Assembly (NCBI RefSeq): GCF_035084215.1
Contig: NC_090331.1
Coordinates: 55,366,001-55,430,000, forward strand
DNA from: Heptranchias perlo
Lineage: Eukaryota
Direction of reading: 5' to 3'
DNA: 64,000 nt
Shown: in pieces, positions 63,233 to 64,000 of the stretch
Layout of the letters: each line of letters opens with the position of its first letter
Position numbering within the stretch: position 1 is the first letter of the stretch
Position numbers and translations under genes: made by a program
Notes under the pieces: model-generated
What the model was told of the DNA's origin: nothing
Databases searched by the model: none
What the model saw: only the letters and a program-made list of their open reading frames with translations

Positions 63233-64000
63233 TGGAAGCCATGGCCACAGATTCACTGCTGAATGGTTTGTTAAGTAGGTTTCTTGAGTAATTCTTTTTA
63301 TTACAAGATACAGTGGCAGAGGGTAATTTAACTGCTATTCAATGACCAAGATCAGTAAAATGTAAAAAATCTTAGCAAATTCTAAGAACTACATGACCGA
63401 ACCACCTGCATTTTGAATTTTCTCAAAAATGAAAACTTCTAGCTATTTTGACTTATAAAACTACCAACTAATTTTAACTAAAATTGTCCTATACATGCTA
63501 AGATTTATTAATAAAAAATGCCTGCTTGTGTTTATATGGTGTCACCAAAGTCTTGCTAAATAAATCAACAGGTTTGTCTTTGGCACATATTAGTCTTTAG
63601 GTTTTCAGATTTTATGTAAACACCAAAGGAAAGAAAATTCCAGAATTATTTGCTATTCTATGATTTGTTAACAAATCTGTCACTGCAAGTGAATGGGTTA
63701 AAATTATTTTTCTTTTCTGTTGACTAAATTCAAACTTTATCAAAGACAGTAACATTACAGGCTTTGTGTACTCCGTCACATCAGGCCTACTGGACAACAT
63801 GCAACATATTTACCTTCTTATAATAACAAGGATTTGAAAGAGATTACTGAAGAAAAAAAACACTGGACTTTTTACAAACTAACAATGAAATGTTTCGTTT
63901 TCATAGGGTACAATCAGCAGTGATGCAACAAATTCCAAAACACAGTTTTACCATCTCAAAACCTACTAGGCTTCTATGGAAACACAAATAAGATTCTAAC

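Noticed and set aside
1-64000. Numerous 60-190 aa ORFs in the track
   Set aside because: Many start at non-ATG codons, overlap repeats or antisense TE frames, and show no recognisable domains; expected by chance in vertebrate non-coding DNA.
1-64000. CRISPR array, operon or prokaryotic defence system
   Set aside because: No regularly spaced direct repeats and no gene-dense organisation; the sequence is eukaryotic.

Overview
Eukaryotic, AT-rich, repeat-laden vertebrate genomic DNA with no recognisable host protein-coding gene. The repeat spectrum (CR1 and L2 LINEs, Deu-domain SacSINE1/AmnSINE1-like and AmnSINE2-like SINEs, Penelope, PIF/Harbinger) suggests a cartilaginous fish; this is inference. 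Every convincing ORF is transposon-derived, and most short ORFs in the supplied track are spurious. Main elements: (1) two non-autonomous Harbinger transposons (29715-31762, 46587-50504), each with a truncated HARBI1-like transposase and a convergent Myb/SANT gene; (2) about ten probable Harbinger-type MITEs, several with 3-bp TSDs; (3) a decayed near-full-length CR1 (about 33.5-38.1 kb); (4) a younger minus-strand CR1 with an internal inverted duplication (52.4-55.8 kb); (5) a young 5'-truncated LINE with an intact RT frame (43860-45748); (6) three solo LTRs and Penelope fragments. Top observations: a 105-bp insertion with an 11-bp TSD that is essentially an intact minimal hammerhead ribozyme (43261-43365); a shared MITE core made of a hairpin flanked by convergent splice donors; three local fold-back inverted duplications; and a TE-free, CpG-retaining island at about 24.3-27.6 kb that probably marks a promoter or enhancer. 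Family names come from recalled consensus motifs, not database searches.
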